From contig CAWAUC010000004.1 in the NCBI GenBank assembly GCA_963785045.1, forward strand, positions 52,616 through 116,615: 64,000 nucleotides of DNA. Reading direction: 5' to 3'. The stretch is from an uncultured delta proteobacterium (GTDB lineage: Bacteria > Desulfobacterota > Desulfobacteria > Desulfobacterales > SpSt-501). The translations under genes and the position numbers were made by a program. The notes beneath the pieces are model-generated. The model did not search any database, was not told where the DNA came from, and was given only the letters and a program-made list of their open reading frames with translations. This document shows positions 50,412 through 63,168 of this stretch, piece by piece. Within the stretch, counting starts at the first letter, position 1, and every line of letters begins with the position of its first letter.

Positions 50412-51590
50412 TCATCCTTTCTTGAGTCGGGCCGCAAAAGCCTTCGCCCGTTCCCGGGCCTCGTGCCGCGCCCAGTGGTCCGCCGCAATGATTTCGGGCA
50501 AGTCGGGGTGCGCAACGCTCCGGTGCCGCACCATCGTCTGGCCGATGATTTCCGCAATAGCGATGAATGAAATCCGGTCCTCCAAAAATGCACTCACCGC
50601 CACCTCGTTGGCCGCGTTGAGCACGGCCGGCAACGTGCCCCCGGTGCGACAGGCTTCGAATGCCAGCGCAAGGCATGGAAACTTCCCGAAGTCCGGCTCC
50701 CGAAACGTCAGATCCACGGCGCCGGAAAAATCCGGCAGCGGCTGCGCGAGCGGCAGACGTTCCGGGAACGACAGCGCGTAAGCGATCGCCGTCTTCATGT
50801 CCGGAATGCCCAACTGGCCGATCACCGACCCGTCCTGAAAGGCCACCATGGAGTGAATGATGCTTTGAGGGTGGACCACCACCCGGATCCGGTCCTCGGA
50901 AACGCCGAAGAGCCATTTGGCTTCCAGCACCTCAAGGCCCTTGTTCATCAGGGTGGCGGAGTCGATGGTGATTTTGGCCCCCATCGCCCAGTTGGGATGC
51001 CGCAGGGCCTCCGGCCGCGTGATGCTTTCGAAGGAGTCCCTCGGGCGGTCCAGAAACGGCCCCCCCGAGGCGGTCAGCAGGATCTGCGCGAGATCCTCCC
51101 GGCGCTGGCCCTGGAGGCACTGGAAAATGGCGCTGTGCTCGCTGTCCACCGGGATGATGGACACCCCGCGCTGCGCGGCCCGAGCGGTCACCACACCGCC
51201 GGCCATTACCAGCGTTTCCTTGTTCGCCAGGGCAATGGTTTTCCCGGCGTCGATCGCCGCCAGCGTCGGTATCAGCCCTGCCGCGCCTACCACCGCCGTG
51301 AGGGTCAGCTCCGCCGAGTCCCACGCCGCGACGGCATTGTACCCGTCTGCACCGTGCAGGATATTTATGGGGGATCCCACGCCGATGAGCGATTTCAGCT
51401 CCCGCGCGCTGTCTTCGTCGAAAACGGCCGCGGCTTCGGGCCGGAAAAAACGGATCTGCTCGGCCAGAAGGGCGACATTGCGCTTGGCGGCCAGGGCTTT
51501 AACAGAAAATCGTTCGGGGAACATGCCGGCGACGGCGAGCGCGTTGCGCCCGATCGACCCGGTCGAACCCAGGATCGAAAGCGTTCTCAT
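50412..51590 (-). CDS. dxr: 1-deoxy-D-xylulose 5-phosphate reductoisomerase
   Basis: MRTLSILGSTGSIGRNALAV...LANKETLV... Confidence 0.9.
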   Translation of the reverse strand: MRTLSILGSTGSIGRNALAVAGMFPERFSVKALAAKRNVALLAEQIRFFRPEAAAVFDEDSARELKSLIGVGSPINILHGADGYNAVAAWDSAELTLTAVVGAAGLIPTLAAIDAGKTIALANKETLVMAGGVVTARAAQRGVSIIPVDSEHSAIFQCLQGQRREDLAQILLTASGGPFLDRPRDSFESITRPEALRHPNWAMGAKITIDSATLMNKGLEVLEAKWLFGVSEDRIRVVVHPQSIIHSMVAFQDGSVIGQLGIPDMKTAIAYALSFPERLPLAQPLPDFSGAVDLTFREPDFGKFPCLALAFEACRTGGTLPAVLNAANEVAVSAFLEDRISFIAIAEIIGQTMVRHRSVAHPDLPEIIAADHWARHEARERAKAFAARLKKG

Positions 51591-51652
51591 AATCTGCCGA
51601 AAAAGTCACGGCGGCCATGGTTCGCAAAGATGCCCGGGTCTCGACGCCGCCG

Positions 51653-52503
51653 TCACGCCGGGATCACCATCATCCGGAAAACGTAAGCCACCGGGGCCGC
51701 AAAAAGCAGGGCATCGATGCGGTCGAGGATCCCGCCGTGGCCCGGCAGGATGCCGCCGGAGTCCTTAACGTTCGACACCCGCTTGAGTTCCGACTCGAAA
51801 AGATCCCCAATTTGCCCCATGCCCCCGGCCGCGACGGCAAACAGAAGGCAGGCGATCCAGCCCGGTTCAGATAAAAACAGGGCTTTGGCCGCCGCGCCCA
51901 CCGCCAGATTGGCGGCCAAGCCGGCCAAGGCTCCCTCGACGGTTTTGCCCGGGCTGATGGACGGGCTGAGTTTATGCCGGCCCCAGAGGGTTCCGGCATA
52001 AAGAGCCGCGGTGTCGCCGGCGAAAATGACGCCACACAGCAGAAAAACCCATGTCATGCCGCCGGGCGCCATCCGCAGCAGAATCAGCAGGGCCAACGGC
52101 AGCGGAATATAGCATAGTCCCTGGATCTGCCTCGCCGTGAGTTCCACCACCCCGCGTTGCGACGGAAAACAGAAAAGGGAGATCAGCCCGCCGACCAGGA
52201 CGTCGAGCGCCAGCACGATGGGTACCAGGTCCAGTCTCGCCACGTGGGCGCAGACGATCAGGGCGGCCCCGCCGGCGTATCCCACCAGCAGAATCGGCTC
52301 AGCGATCAGCCGGGTGCCGGGGGGCAGGCGATGCGGAAATACTCCCACAGACACACCAAGCCGGCCAGGCCCACCAAAACGCTGAACACCGTCCCGCCGG
52401 CCACCACGCAAACGATCAGGACCGGCAGAGCCGACAGCCCCGTGATCCACCGCTTCAGGTGCGCCTGGCCCTGAGCCATCCCTATCACCTTTCCCAACGG
52501 CAC
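51653..52503 (-). CDS. cdsA: Phosphatidate cytidylyltransferase, frameshifted in a GGGGGG run near 52322
   Basis: N-terminal piece is ORF 52306..52503 (LKRWITGLSALPVLIVCVVAGG). C-terminal piece has GKTVEGALAGL...DLFESELKR...KDSGGILPGHGGILDRIDAL. Confidence 0.75.
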
Positions 52504-52509
52504 CGGGCA

Positions 52510-53286
<777 letters not shown>

Positions 53287-53850
53287 CGACGAGCTTGATG
53301 TGCTCGTCGGTTATTTTCTGGATCTTCTCCTGGGACTTGAAAGCGTCGTCCTCGGAAATTTTGCCGTCTTTTTTGATGTCCTTGATGAGCTCGTTGGCAT
53401 CGCGCCGGAGATTACGCACCGACACCTTGTACTCCTCGCTGATCTTGTGGACAACCTTGACGAGTTCCTTGCGCCGCTGTTCAGTCAGGGGAGGGATGGC
53501 GATGCGGACGATCTTTCCGTCGCTGGAGGGGGTGAGGCCGAGGTCGGATTTCAGAACCGCCTTTTCGATCTCCTTGATAACGGTCGTATCCCACGGCTGG
53601 ATCGTGATCAGCCGGCTTTCGGGTGCGGCCAAGGTCGCCATCTGGTTCAGCGGGGTCAGCGTCCCGTAATAATCCACCTTGATGCCGTCCAGAAGCGACA
53701 AGGACGCCCGTCCGGTCCGGACCCGTTTCAGCTCTTTCTTCAGAGCCTCGATCACCTTGCCCATGTTGTCTTTGCTGTCCCGGTAGACTGACTCGATCAT
53801 GGCATTCTCCTGTGCCCTCGGGAGTGAAGCGAGGTTATTTCAAACCGCTT

Positions 53851-54567
53851 CTAGTTGCTGATGCGTGTGCCGATCGCCTCGCCGCAGACCACGCGGCGAA
53901 TGTTGCCCTTGTCAGTGAGCTTGAATACCGCGAGGGGCAGGTCGTTGTCCATCGCCAACGATATGGCGGTCGTGTCCATGACCTTGAGTTGCCGCTCCAG
54001 CACCTCCATGTAGCTCACCCGCTTCAGGAACGTGGCATTCGGGTGGGTGACCGGGTCGGAGTCGTAGACACCGTCCACCTTAGTGGCCTTCAGCAGTATT
54101 TCGGCGTGGATCTCCTGGCCGCGCAGCACGGCGGCCGTGTCCGTGGTGAAATACGGGCTTCCGGTTCCGGCCGCGAATATGACCACCCGCCCTTTTTCCA
54201 GGTGCCGGATCGCCCGGCGCAGGATGTAGGGCTCAGCCACCTGATGCACGGCGACAGCCGACTGCACCCGGGTCTGGATTCCCTGTTTCTCCAGCGCGTC
54301 CTGAAGGGCCAGGCTGTTGATGATCGTGGCCAGCATCCCCATGTGATCGGCGGAGGTGCGGTCCATGCCGTAAGAGCTTGCGGCAATGCCGCGGAAAATG
54401 TTACCCCCGCCCACCACGATGGCCGCCTGAACGCCGAGTTCCACAATGGCGCGGACCTCCTCGGCCACATAGCGCAGCATGTCCGGACTGATCCCGAACT
54501 CCTGTTCCCCCATGAGGGCTTCACCGCTGATTTTGACGACCACGCGCTTGTGCTGAGGCTGGTGCAC
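53851..54567 (-). CDS. pyrH: UMP kinase
   Basis: [12 protein letters not shown]...GGGNIFRG... Confidence 0.9.
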   Translation of the reverse strand: MHQPQHKRVVVKISGEALMGEQEFGISPDMLRYVAEEVRAIVELGVQAAIVVGGGNIFRGIAASSYGMDRTSADHMGMLATIINSLALQDALEKQGIQTRVQSAVAVHQVAEPYILRRAIRHLEKGRVVIFAAGTGSPYFTTDTAAVLRGQEIHAEILLKATKVDGVYDSDPVTHPNATFLKRVSYMEVLERQLKVMDTTAISLAMDNDLPLAVFKLTDKGNIRRVVCGEAIGTRISN

Positions 54568-54573
54568 GGCAGC

Positions 54574-55173
54574 CTACCCTCCGACCTGGAATCGGACAAA
54601 ACGCTTGACGGAAATGTTCTCGCCGATCTTGGCGACAAGCTCGTTGAGAAGGTCGGCCACCGTGATGTCCGGGTTGCGAACGTAGGCCTGGTTCAGCAGG
54701 CAGCTGTCTTCGTAGAATTTCTTGAGCTTGCCCTCGACGATCTTCTCGATGACCTTCTCGGGTTTGCCGGTTTCCCGGGCCTGAGCGGCGTAGATCTCTT
54801 TTTCCTTGGCGATCGTCTCGGGCGAAATATCCTCGGGCCGCACCCCGATCGGGTTGGAGGCGGCGATGTGCATGGCGATGTTCTTGGCGCACTCCTGGAA
54901 CGCCTGGTTTTTGGCCACGAAATCGGTTTCGCAGTTGACCTCGACCATCACGCCCAGTTTGCCGCCCATGTGGATGTAAGTCGCAATGGTGCCTTCGCTG
55001 GTGGCGCGGCCGGCGCGCTTCTGGGCCGTGGCGAGCCCCTTCTTGCGCAGGAACTCGATCGCCTTGGTCATGTCCCCCCCGGAAGCCGACAGGGCCAGCT
55101 TGCAGTCCATCATGCCGGCGCCGGTTTTCTCCCGCAACTCTTTGACAAGTTTCGCACTGATGTCCGTCATCAT
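54574..55173 (-). CDS. tsf: Elongation factor Ts (short form)
   Basis: [24 protein letters not shown]... Confidence 0.9.
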   Translation of the reverse strand: MMTDISAKLVKELREKTGAGMMDCKLALSASGGDMTKAIEFLRKKGLATAQKRAGRATSEGTIATYIHMGGKLGVMVEVNCETDFVAKNQAFQECAKNIAMHIAASNPIGVRPEDISPETIAKEKEIYAAQARETGKPEKVIEKIVEGKLKKFYEDSCLLNQAYVRNPDITVADLLNELVAKIGENISVKRFVRFQVGG

Positions 55174-56078
55174 TCCTCTCCTGTGGCGGCGTGCTCTCCA
55201 GCGTCACCGGCCGGGTCCGAAGCTGCGCCGGCAACTGCCGCATCGGCCGTCGAGCGTCGAATAATTTCCACGACCGGCCCCGTGCTGCCGTCAGAAATCA
55301 CCTTGCGTTCGCCTGGTTTCAACTCCGCCGCAGCGACGGCCGGTTTGTGCTCCTCCGGCAGCGTCTTGTCCGCGTCGGCCTGCATGCGCTCCGTCCATTT
55401 CTGACGGCCTTCGATGCAGGCGTCGGCCACCCGCGAGGTCAAAAGCCGAATGGCGCGGATGGCATCGTCGTTGCCGGGGATGGCGAAGTCGATGACATCC
55501 GGATCACAGTTGGTGTCGACGATGGCGACGATGGGGATCTTCAGCCGGCGGCCTTCGTGCACGGCGATCTCCTCGTTCTTGGGGTCTACGACGAAAATCG
55601 CCCCCGGCAGACTCGCCATGGGCCGGATGCCGCCCAGGTTGCCATCGAGCTTCTCGCGCTCCTTGGCCAGCTTCAGCCGCTCTTTCTTGGGGAATAGGTT
55701 GATGGTATCGTCGTTGTGGATGGTGTTGAGGTAGTTCAGCCGCTCGATGCTCTTGCGGATCGTCTGGAAGTTGGTCAGCATCCCCCCCAACCAGCGATTA
55801 TGCACGTAGAACATTTCGCACCGGTTGGCCTCCTCGTAAATGGAGTCCCGGGCCTGTTTCTTGGTTCCGACGAAAAGCACCGACTTGCCGTTCGCAGCAT
55901 TTTCCACGAGAAAGTCGTAGGCCGTCTTGAACATCTTGACGGTCTTCTGCAGGTCGACGATGTAGATCCCATTGCGGGCCCCGAAGATGTAAGGCTTCAT
56001 CTTCGGGTTCCAGCGCTTGGTCTGGTGGCCGAAATGAACTCCTGCTTCTAGCAGCTCCTTCATGGTGACGTACGCCAT
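55170..56078 (-). CDS. rpsB: 30S ribosomal protein S2 (with a ~50-aa acidic/Ala-rich C-terminal extension)
   Basis: Start re-placed at [27 protein letters not shown]. Confidence 0.9.
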   Translation of the reverse strand: MAYVTMKELLEAGVHFGHQTKRWNPKMKPYIFGARNGIYIVDLQKTVKMFKTAYDFLVENAANGKSVLFVGTKKQARDSIYEEANRCEMFYVHNRWLGGMLTNFQTIRKSIERLNYLNTIHNDDTINLFPKKERLKLAKEREKLDGNLGGIRPMASLPGAIFVVDPKNEEIAVHEGRRLKIPIVAIVDTNCDPDVIDFAIPGNDDAIRAIRLLTSRVADACIEGRQKWTERMQADADKTLPEEHKPAVAAAELKPGERKVISDGSTGPVVEIIRRSTADAAVAGAASDPAGDAGEHAATGEE

Positions 56079-56222
56079 ACTGTTCTCCCTTCTTTTCGGT
56101 TTTTCCGCCGCCGCCGTCATATCTCGGCCTCCAGCCCCGAGGTCGGGGCACCGGGAAGCCGTCCGGCTGCGTGTGTCGTTGATGACCGCCTGTTTTCAGA
56201 TTAAAGACTTAAATTGTTTTAT

Positions 56223-57146
56223 TTAGCAAATATTTTTATCAGCCGCAACACCTTTTTCCCGCAGGACGACCACCCGGTCGCGGCCGGCGTAATCCGTCAT
56301 GCACTGGACTTCGCTGTAGCCGCCGGCCTGCGCCGCAATCCGCTGCACTGCCTCCCGCTGGTCGGAACCGATCTCAAGCAGGAGCGCGCCGCCAGGCGCA
56401 AGGTGGCTGCCGGCTGCGCCGAGGATCGCGCGGTAGCTTGTCAGGCCGTCCCGGCCCCCATCGAGGGCGAGGCGCGGCTCATGGCCGACGATCTCCGCTT
56501 GAAGTTCGGCGAGGGTGCTGCGGACCACGTACGGCGGATTGGACACGATCAAGTCGAACGGCGCGCCCTCTCGCCTGAGCGCGCTGAACCAATCCGCCGC
56601 GAAAAATTCAACCCGGCCCCCGACGCCGACGGCGTGCGCGTTGCGGCGCGCAGTGGCGAGAGCCGCGGCCGACAGGTCGGAGGCGAAATACCGGTGCCGG
56701 ACGGCTTCAGCAGCCAGCGCCAGAACGATGGCCCCCGAACCGGTCCCGAGGTCCAACACCCGGGCGCAGCGCTCCGCGGGGACTTTCGCGAGCAGAGCCA
56801 AGGCCGCCTCCACCAGGCATTCGGTTTCCGGCCGGGGGATCAACACCTCCGGGCCGACGGCGAGATCAAGCGTCCAGAACCCTTTGCGGCCCACGATGTA
56901 GGCCACGGGCTCCCGCCGCACCCGCCTTCGGATGAGCTCTTTGAACGCGGCAAGTTCTGTTTTCTCCAGCGGCTTGTCGTGGTGCACATAAAGCTGCACC
57001 CGGTCGGTGCGCAGGGCGTACGCCAGGAGGATTTCAGCCGCCGACCGGGGGCTTTCGATCCCGCGTTCCTTCAGGTAGCCGGCCGCCCACAGGATCACCC
57101 TCAGGATGCTCCATTCCAGGTCAGCGGCTGGCGGCGGGTTCGACAT
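56223..57146 (-). CDS. prmC: Release factor glutamine N5-methyltransferase PrmC (HemK)
   Basis: [11 protein letters not shown]...LIVSNPPYV. Confidence 0.85.
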   Translation of the reverse strand: MSNPPPAADLEWSILRVILWAAGYLKERGIESPRSAAEILLAYALRTDRVQLYVHHDKPLEKTELAAFKELIRRRVRREPVAYIVGRKGFWTLDLAVGPEVLIPRPETECLVEAALALLAKVPAERCARVLDLGTGSGAIVLALAAEAVRHRYFASDLSAAALATARRNAHAVGVGGRVEFFAADWFSALRREGAPFDLIVSNPPYVVRSTLAELQAEIVGHEPRLALDGGRDGLTSYRAILGAAGSHLAPGGALLLEIGSDQREAVQRIAAQAGGYSEVQCMTDYAGRDRVVVLREKGVAADKNIC

Positions 57147-58200
57147 TCTGCAAAGCCTGAGCCTGATAGTGGGTGGTCAATCCGTCGATCAGCTCCTGGA
57201 TGTCCCCCTGGAGGATGGCCTCCAGCCGGTAGAGGGTCAACCCGATACGGTGATCGGTCACCCGGCTCTGCGGGAAGTTGTAGGTCCGGATGCGGCCGCT
57301 ACGATCGCCGGTGCCCACCTGGCTCTTGCGCTCCTCGGAGCGCTGCTGGTCCTGCTCCTGGGTCTTGGCGTCGAGCAGCCGGGCGCGAAGCACCTTGAGT
57401 GCCTTGTTTTTGTTCTTGAGCTGCGACTTCTCATCTTGGCAAATGACCACCAAGCCTGTCGGCAGGTGCGTGACCCGGACCGCCGAGTCCGTGGTGTTGA
57501 CGCTTTGGCCGCCCGGGCCCCCCGAACGATAGACGTCGATGCGCAGGTCGTTGGGGTTGATCTCCACGTCCACCTCCTCGGCCTCGGGCAGCACCGCCAC
57601 GGTGACGGCCGAGGTGTGGATGCGGCCCTGGGCTTCGGTGACCGGCACGCGCTGCACGCGGTGGATGCCGCTCTCATACTTGAGGGCGCTGTAGGCACCC
57701 TTGCCCTGAATCATGACGATCGCTTCTTTCACCCCTCCCGCGCCGGTGGGATGGCCGGACATAATTTCGACCTTCCAGCCGCGGCCTTCGGCATATCGAC
57801 AGTACATGCGGAACAGGTCGCTCGCGAAAAGCCCCGCCTCGTCGCCGCCGGTGCCGGCGCGGATCTCGAGGATGACGTTCTTGTCGTCGTTGGGGTCCTT
57901 CGGCAACAGCAGAATCATCAAATCGCTTTCAAGCTGCGCCTGCTCCGCGGTGAGGGCGGCGAGGTCTTCGCGGGCCAGGTTGCGGATTTCGGTGTCAGCG
58001 TCGTTCAGCAGGTCACGGCTTTCCTGGATGCGAACCCGGATCTCCTTGTGCCGGCGAAACACCGCGACGATCTTGCCGAGGTCCGAGTGCTCGCGCACGG
58101 CCTTCTGGTAGGCCTCTCGGTTGCCGAGGAGGCCGGGATCGCTCAGATGCTGTTCGAGTTCGACGAAGCGCTGTTCGACGCCTTGGAGTTTGGCATACAT
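57121..58200 (-). CDS. prfA: Peptide chain release factor 1
   Basis: [20 protein letters not shown] (GGQ motif) and PxT region. Confidence 0.9.
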   Translation of the reverse strand: MYAKLQGVEQRFVELEQHLSDPGLLGNREAYQKAVREHSDLGKIVAVFRRHKEIRVRIQESRDLLNDADTEIRNLAREDLAALTAEQAQLESDLMILLLPKDPNDDKNVILEIRAGTGGDEAGLFASDLFRMYCRYAEGRGWKVEIMSGHPTGAGGVKEAIVMIQGKGAYSALKYESGIHRVQRVPVTEAQGRIHTSAVTVAVLPEAEEVDVEINPNDLRIDVYRSGGPGGQSVNTTDSAVRVTHLPTGLVVICQDEKSQLKNKNKALKVLRARLLDAKTQEQDQQRSEERKSQVGTGDRSGRIRTYNFPQSRVTDHRIGLTLYRLEAILQGDIQELIDGLTTHYQAQALQNVEPAASR

Positions 58201-58345
58201 GGTTCATTCACCTGTGCCCGCCGCCGGCGCAAAAAAGACCTCGGGCGCGGGGAGATTCCTCCCCGGCCCGAAGGTGGCTGGCCCATCAAGATGCACGTGA
58301 GGCTATGAAGGACGACCCGCAGGTTTCGCGGGCGGGCGGGAGCAG

Positions 58346-58567
58346 TTACGCCGGCTTTTCCTGCTTCTGGAACTTCGCATACTTCTTGCGGAAACGCTCG
58401 ATACGACCGGCCGTATCGACCAGTTTCTGCTTGCCCGTGAAAAACGGGTGGCAGTTGGAGCAGATTTCCACCGCGATATCGTCCCGGGTGGAGGCGGTCT
58501 CGATCACGTTTCCGCAGGCACAGCGGATCTTCGTTTCTGCGTATTTCGGATGAATGTCTTTCTTCAT
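58346..58567 (-). CDS. rpmE: 50S ribosomal protein L31 (Zn-ribbon type)
   Basis: MKKDIHPKY...CACGN...[13 protein letters not shown]. Confidence 0.9.
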   Translation of the reverse strand: MKKDIHPKYAETKIRCACGNVIETASTRDDIAVEICSNCHPFFTGKQKLVDTAGRIERFRKKYAKFQKQEKPA

Positions 58568-58609
58568 TATCGGTGAACCCCCCTCTTTTCCGTATTGATT
58601 CCTTCCGGT

Positions 58610-59857
58610 CTATGCATTCATAGAATTAATAAATTCCTTATTATTCCTCGTTCCTTTCATTTTTTCAAGCAAAAACTCCATGCTGTCCACGGTGTTGAGC
58701 GTGGTGAGCAGTTTGCGCAGGATCCAGACGCGGTTGAGCACGTCCCTTTCGAGCAGCAGCTCCTCCTTGCGGGTGCCGGAGCGCTTGATGTCGACGGCCG
58801 GAAAAACGCGCTTGTCCGAAAGCTTCCGGTCGAGTTGGATCTCCGCGTTGCCGGTCCCCTTGAACTCTTCGAAGATCACCTCGTCCATGCGGCTGCCGGT
58901 GTCGATCAGGGCGGTTGCGATGATGGTGAGACTGCCGCCCTCTTCGATGTTGCGAGCCGCGCCGAAGAAGCGCTTCGGCCGCTGCAGGGCGTTGGAGTCG
59001 ACACCACCCGAGAGGATCTTGCCGCTCGGCGGGACGACCGCGTTGTGCGCCCGCGCCAGGCGCGTGATGCTGTCCAGCAGAATCACAACGTCTTTCTTGT
59101 GCTCGACCAGACGCTTGGCTTTCTCGATGACCATCTCGGCCACCTGAACGTGGCGCTCGGCCGGCTCATCGAAGGTCGAGCTGATGACCTCCGCGTTCAC
59201 CGTGCGTTCCATGTCGGTCACTTCCTCCGGGCGCTCGTCGATGAGCAGTACGAAGGGGACCACGTCCTTGTGGCTCTTTATGATGGAGTTGGCGATTGAC
59301 TGCAGCAGCATGGTCTTGCCGGAGCGCGGCGGCGACACGATGAGGCAGCGCTGACCGAAGCCGATCGGCACCATGAGGTCCAGGATGCGCGTGGAGTAGT
59401 TCTCGGGGTCGGCTTCGAGGTTCATCTTGCGTTCGGGATAGAGCGGGGTCAGGTTATCAAAAAGGATCTTGTCGCGGGCGACCTCGGGGTCCTCGTAGTT
59501 CGCCGCCTCGACCTTGAGCAGGGCGAAATAGCGCTCGGACTCCTTGGGCTGCCGGATCTGGCCCGAAATGGTATCGCCCGTGCGCAGGCTGAACCGCCGG
59601 ATCTGGGAGGGCGACACGTAGATGTCGTCGGGGCCGGGCAGGTAGTTGGAGCTGGGCGAGCGCAGGAACCCGAATCCGTCCGGCAGGATCTCCAGAGTGC
59701 CCTCCCCGTAGATCATACCGTTTTTCTCGATCTGGTTCTGCAGCAGAGCGAACATCAACTCCTGCTTGCGCATGTTGGAGGCCCCTTCGATGTTGAAGCT
59801 CTTGGCCATCTGCATGAGTTCGCTGATTTTCTTCTCTTTTAGTTCGGCGATGTTCAT
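58610..59857 (-). CDS. rho: Transcription termination factor Rho
   Basis: [14 protein letters not shown]... Walker [19 protein letters not shown]-binding OB region. Confidence 0.95.
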   Translation of the reverse strand: MNIAELKEKKISELMQMAKSFNIEGASNMRKQELMFALLQNQIEKNGMIYGEGTLEILPDGFGFLRSPSSNYLPGPDDIYVSPSQIRRFSLRTGDTISGQIRQPKESERYFALLKVEAANYEDPEVARDKILFDNLTPLYPERKMNLEADPENYSTRILDLMVPIGFGQRCLIVSPPRSGKTMLLQSIANSIIKSHKDVVPFVLLIDERPEEVTDMERTVNAEVISSTFDEPAERHVQVAEMVIEKAKRLVEHKKDVVILLDSITRLARAHNAVVPPSGKILSGGVDSNALQRPKRFFGAARNIEEGGSLTIIATALIDTGSRMDEVIFEEFKGTGNAEIQLDRKLSDKRVFPAVDIKRSGTRKEELLLERDVLNRVWILRKLLTTLNTVDSMEFLLEKMKGTRNNKEFINSMNA

Positions 59858-60246
59858 TAAAGCGATTCCCCTTGATGTAGTCCCGGATGCATAAGGGCAT
59901 CCACGGGTCGTCCCGGTCGATTGCTGCCGCCGGTGGTTTTTTCCATTTTGGTGAGCCGGATCGGTTATCGGTGCTTGCGCCCTGAGAAGCTACAGCGATC
60001 ATCGCGGCAAGCTGCTGAGAAAGTACAAGACCTCAAATGGTGCCAACCGGAATATTTCAACCGACGTGCCGTTTACCTAGTGTTCAGAGGATTGGAACCC
60101 TGTCGGTCAAAAAGGAGGATTTTAAGGCGATAGAGAAAATGAGTCCTCGCGACGGGCGGGTTGAACTTGCCCCAGATAGTGATAGCTATATTTTTATATC
60201 AGAACTCCGGTCCTGTCAAGTAGTTTCATGTTTTCGACGCCCTAAA

Positions 60247-61539
60247 ATGATGCTAATTGAGAACACGATGACTGCACTTCCGACTTATTTTCCAACCTGC
60301 GAGGGTGCCTATCTCGTTGGCGGCTGCGTCCGCGACCTTTTGCTCGAGCGCCCGCCGGCCGATTACGACGTTGCCGTCCTGGGAGATCCCCGAGCGTACG
60401 CGCAGAAGCTTGCCGCCGCCGCCGGGGGCCGGATCGTCGAAATCGGCAAGCCGTCCTTCCGCCTGTGGCGGGTAGTCGCCCCGGGCGCCATCATCGACGT
60501 GTCGGCGGCCTCCGGAGCCAGGATTGCGATGGACCTGCGCCACCGGGATTTCACCATCAATGCGCTCGCGCTCGATATCACCACGGGCGCGATCATCGAC
60601 CTCTGCGGCGGTCGGCAGGACCTCAACGCCGGAATCATCCGCATGGTGTCCTCCGCTGCGTTCCGGAACGACCCGGTGCGGCTCATCCGTGCCTTTCGGC
60701 TCCAAGCTCGCTTCGGTTTCAGCATCGAACCGGCAACCCTCGCCGCCATCGGACGCAATGCCGGGCGCATCGCCCGACCGGCCGGCGAACGCGTCCGCAC
60801 GGAGTTTTTTAAAATGCTCGGCGCGGACCTGTCTGCGCCCGCCCTGCAGGGCATGGCCCGGACGGGGCTGCTCCCCGCGCTCTTCCCGGGACTGAAGCGT
60901 GCGGGTAAAAATGCCCTGGAGCGTGCTGTCGGCGCCCACCAGCAGCTGGAATCGATGCTGCGGGATCTGCCGGCCTGTTTCCCGGACACCTCCTGGGCGC
61001 TGATACGGGAGCTGACTGAAAACCGCCGCATCCTTCTTAAATGCGCCTGCCTGCTGAGCCGCGTCCCGGACATCCCCGCGATCGTGCACACCCTTCGGTT
61101 CTCACGCCGCGACGCCGCCCGGCTGGAGGCTCTGATCGGTCATCACGCGCGAGCGCGTGAGCTTTTGGCCTCGCCCCGTCCGCCCCCGCGCGAGCTGACG
61201 CGCTTCTTCCGCGCAGCGCAGGCTGTGCTTCCCGACCTGCTTTTAAACGCGGCGGCGGACCTCATGTCCGAGCCGGCCGCACCGGCCGGGCGATCGCCGG
61301 ATTTTCGGTCGATCACCGCAGGGCTGCTGCACACCTACCTTTGCGCTTATACGCCCAGATTGCAGTCCCCTCCCCCGATTTCCGGTGACGATCTGATCCG
61401 CGAGTTCGGCTTGAAACCGTCGGCCCTTTTCAAGCAAATCCTGGATTCGATCGAGGAGGAGCGCCTGTCCGGCAGCGAGGTTAGCCGTGAAGCGGCCTTG
61501 GAAATGGTGCGGGCCTACCTGAATAACCACGGCGGATAA
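60247..61539 (+). CDS. tRNA nucleotidyltransferase / poly(A) polymerase family protein (CCA-adding enzyme-like)
   Basis: GGCVRDLLLERPPADYDVAV...RDFTINALA head-domain motifs. Start ambiguous between 60247 and 60268. Confidence 0.75.
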   Translation: MMLIENTMTALPTYFPTCEGAYLVGGCVRDLLLERPPADYDVAVLGDPRAYAQKLAAAAGGRIVEIGKPSFRLWRVVAPGAIIDVSAASGARIAMDLRHRDFTINALALDITTGAIIDLCGGRQDLNAGIIRMVSSAAFRNDPVRLIRAFRLQARFGFSIEPATLAAIGRNAGRIARPAGERVRTEFFKMLGADLSAPALQGMARTGLLPALFPGLKRAGKNALERAVGAHQQLESMLRDLPACFPDTSWALIRELTENRRILLKCACLLSRVPDIPAIVHTLRFSRRDAARLEALIGHHARARELLASPRPPPRELTRFFRAAQAVLPDLLLNAAADLMSEPAAPAGRSPDFRSITAGLLHTYLCAYTPRLQSPPPISGDDLIREFGLKPSALFKQILDSIEEERLSGSEVSREAALEMVRAYLNNHGG

Positions 61540-61555
61540 CTGCTTAAGGTGTTTA

Positions 61556-61697
61556 GAAGTGGTTGCACAACCTCGGATCGCGCCCGAGGGCAAGGCGCAG
61601 GCCGATTCGAAAGCGCAGCATACACGCCAGTATGTGAGCATTTCGAGAGGCCGGCAACGCCGCCATCGGGTTTCAAACGGGGTTATGAAACCACTTC
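61556..61697. repeat. Intergenic repeat family 1, copy D
   Basis: Begins 17 nt after the cca stop. Ends GAAGTGGTTGCACAACC / GGTTATGAAACCACTTC. Confidence 0.7.
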
Positions 61698-61785
61698 TAT
61701 GCTGAAGGCTGAAGACTATCAAACATCTGGCGAAACAAGAACCAAGCCATAAAAGCCTTCAGTCTCATCGACCTAAGTCGTTACA

Positions 61786-62607
<822 letters not shown>

Positions 62608-62690
62608 CTATATTAAGAAGGAGCATCAAAAAAAGCAGACTATCCGCTGGGCGACGGCATTGCGTCATGGCCGGCGGCACGAAAGGGGCG

Positions 62691-62903
62691 ATGTGGGTGA
62701 AAGAAATCGAGGTCAAAGTCTTTGACAACGATATTGAAAAAGCAATGCGTATTCTGAAGAAGAAGATTCAGAACGACGGTCTCTTCAAGCGCTTGAAGCT
62801 GAAGAAGAGCTACGAGAAGCCGAGCGAATTCCGGCGGCGCAAGCAGCGCGAATCGCAGAGAAGAGAACGGATTGCCTTGGCGCGGGCCGCGCGCCGACGT
62901 TAA
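62691..62903 (+). CDS. rpsU: 30S ribosomal protein S21 (start may be the GTG at 62697)
   Basis: About 70 aa, basic: ...FKRLKLKKSYEKPSEFRRRKQRESQRRER. Confidence 0.75.
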   Translation: MWVKEIEVKVFDNDIEKAMRILKKKIQNDGLFKRLKLKKSYEKPSEFRRRKQRESQRRERIALARAARRR

Positions 62904-62912
62904 TACCCTGAA

Positions 62913-62950
62913 CCTAAAAAAACCGGTGGCTCGCGCCACCGGTTTTTTTT
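62913..62950. terminator. Bidirectional rho-independent terminator (A-run, 8-bp GC hairpin, T-run)
   Basis: AAAAAAA-CCGGTGGC-TCGC-GCCACCGG-TTTTTTTT. Confidence 0.75.
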
Positions 62951-63168
62951 CAGGGCGTTGAAAACCACGTATCAGGCCGTCAGCCAAGGCGACTATTGGC
63001 TGGAGGCTCGGGGGCTGGAACGCCAGGAGGCTAAAAAAAAGGCAGAAAAGGTTTTGCTTCAAGCTTCCCAGCTTCCCAGCCTTCTAGCTTCGGACTTAAA
63101 ACGCATTTATAAAAGTCATGCAACGCCGGATCATGGCCTGAGGCGCCGTTTTTCAACACCCTGCTGAT
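62951..63168. repeat. Intergenic repeat family 2, copy 2 (~218 bp, with an internal insertion relative to copy 1)
   Basis: CAGGGCGTTGAAAACCACGTATCAGGCCGTCAGCCAAGGCG ... GGATCATGGCCTGAGGCGCCGTTTTTCAACACCCTGCTGAT. Shares both ends with the copy at 38568. Confidence 0.6.

Noticed and set aside
53812-55404. 530-aa plus-strand ORF
   Set aside because: Antisense to pyrH and tsf.
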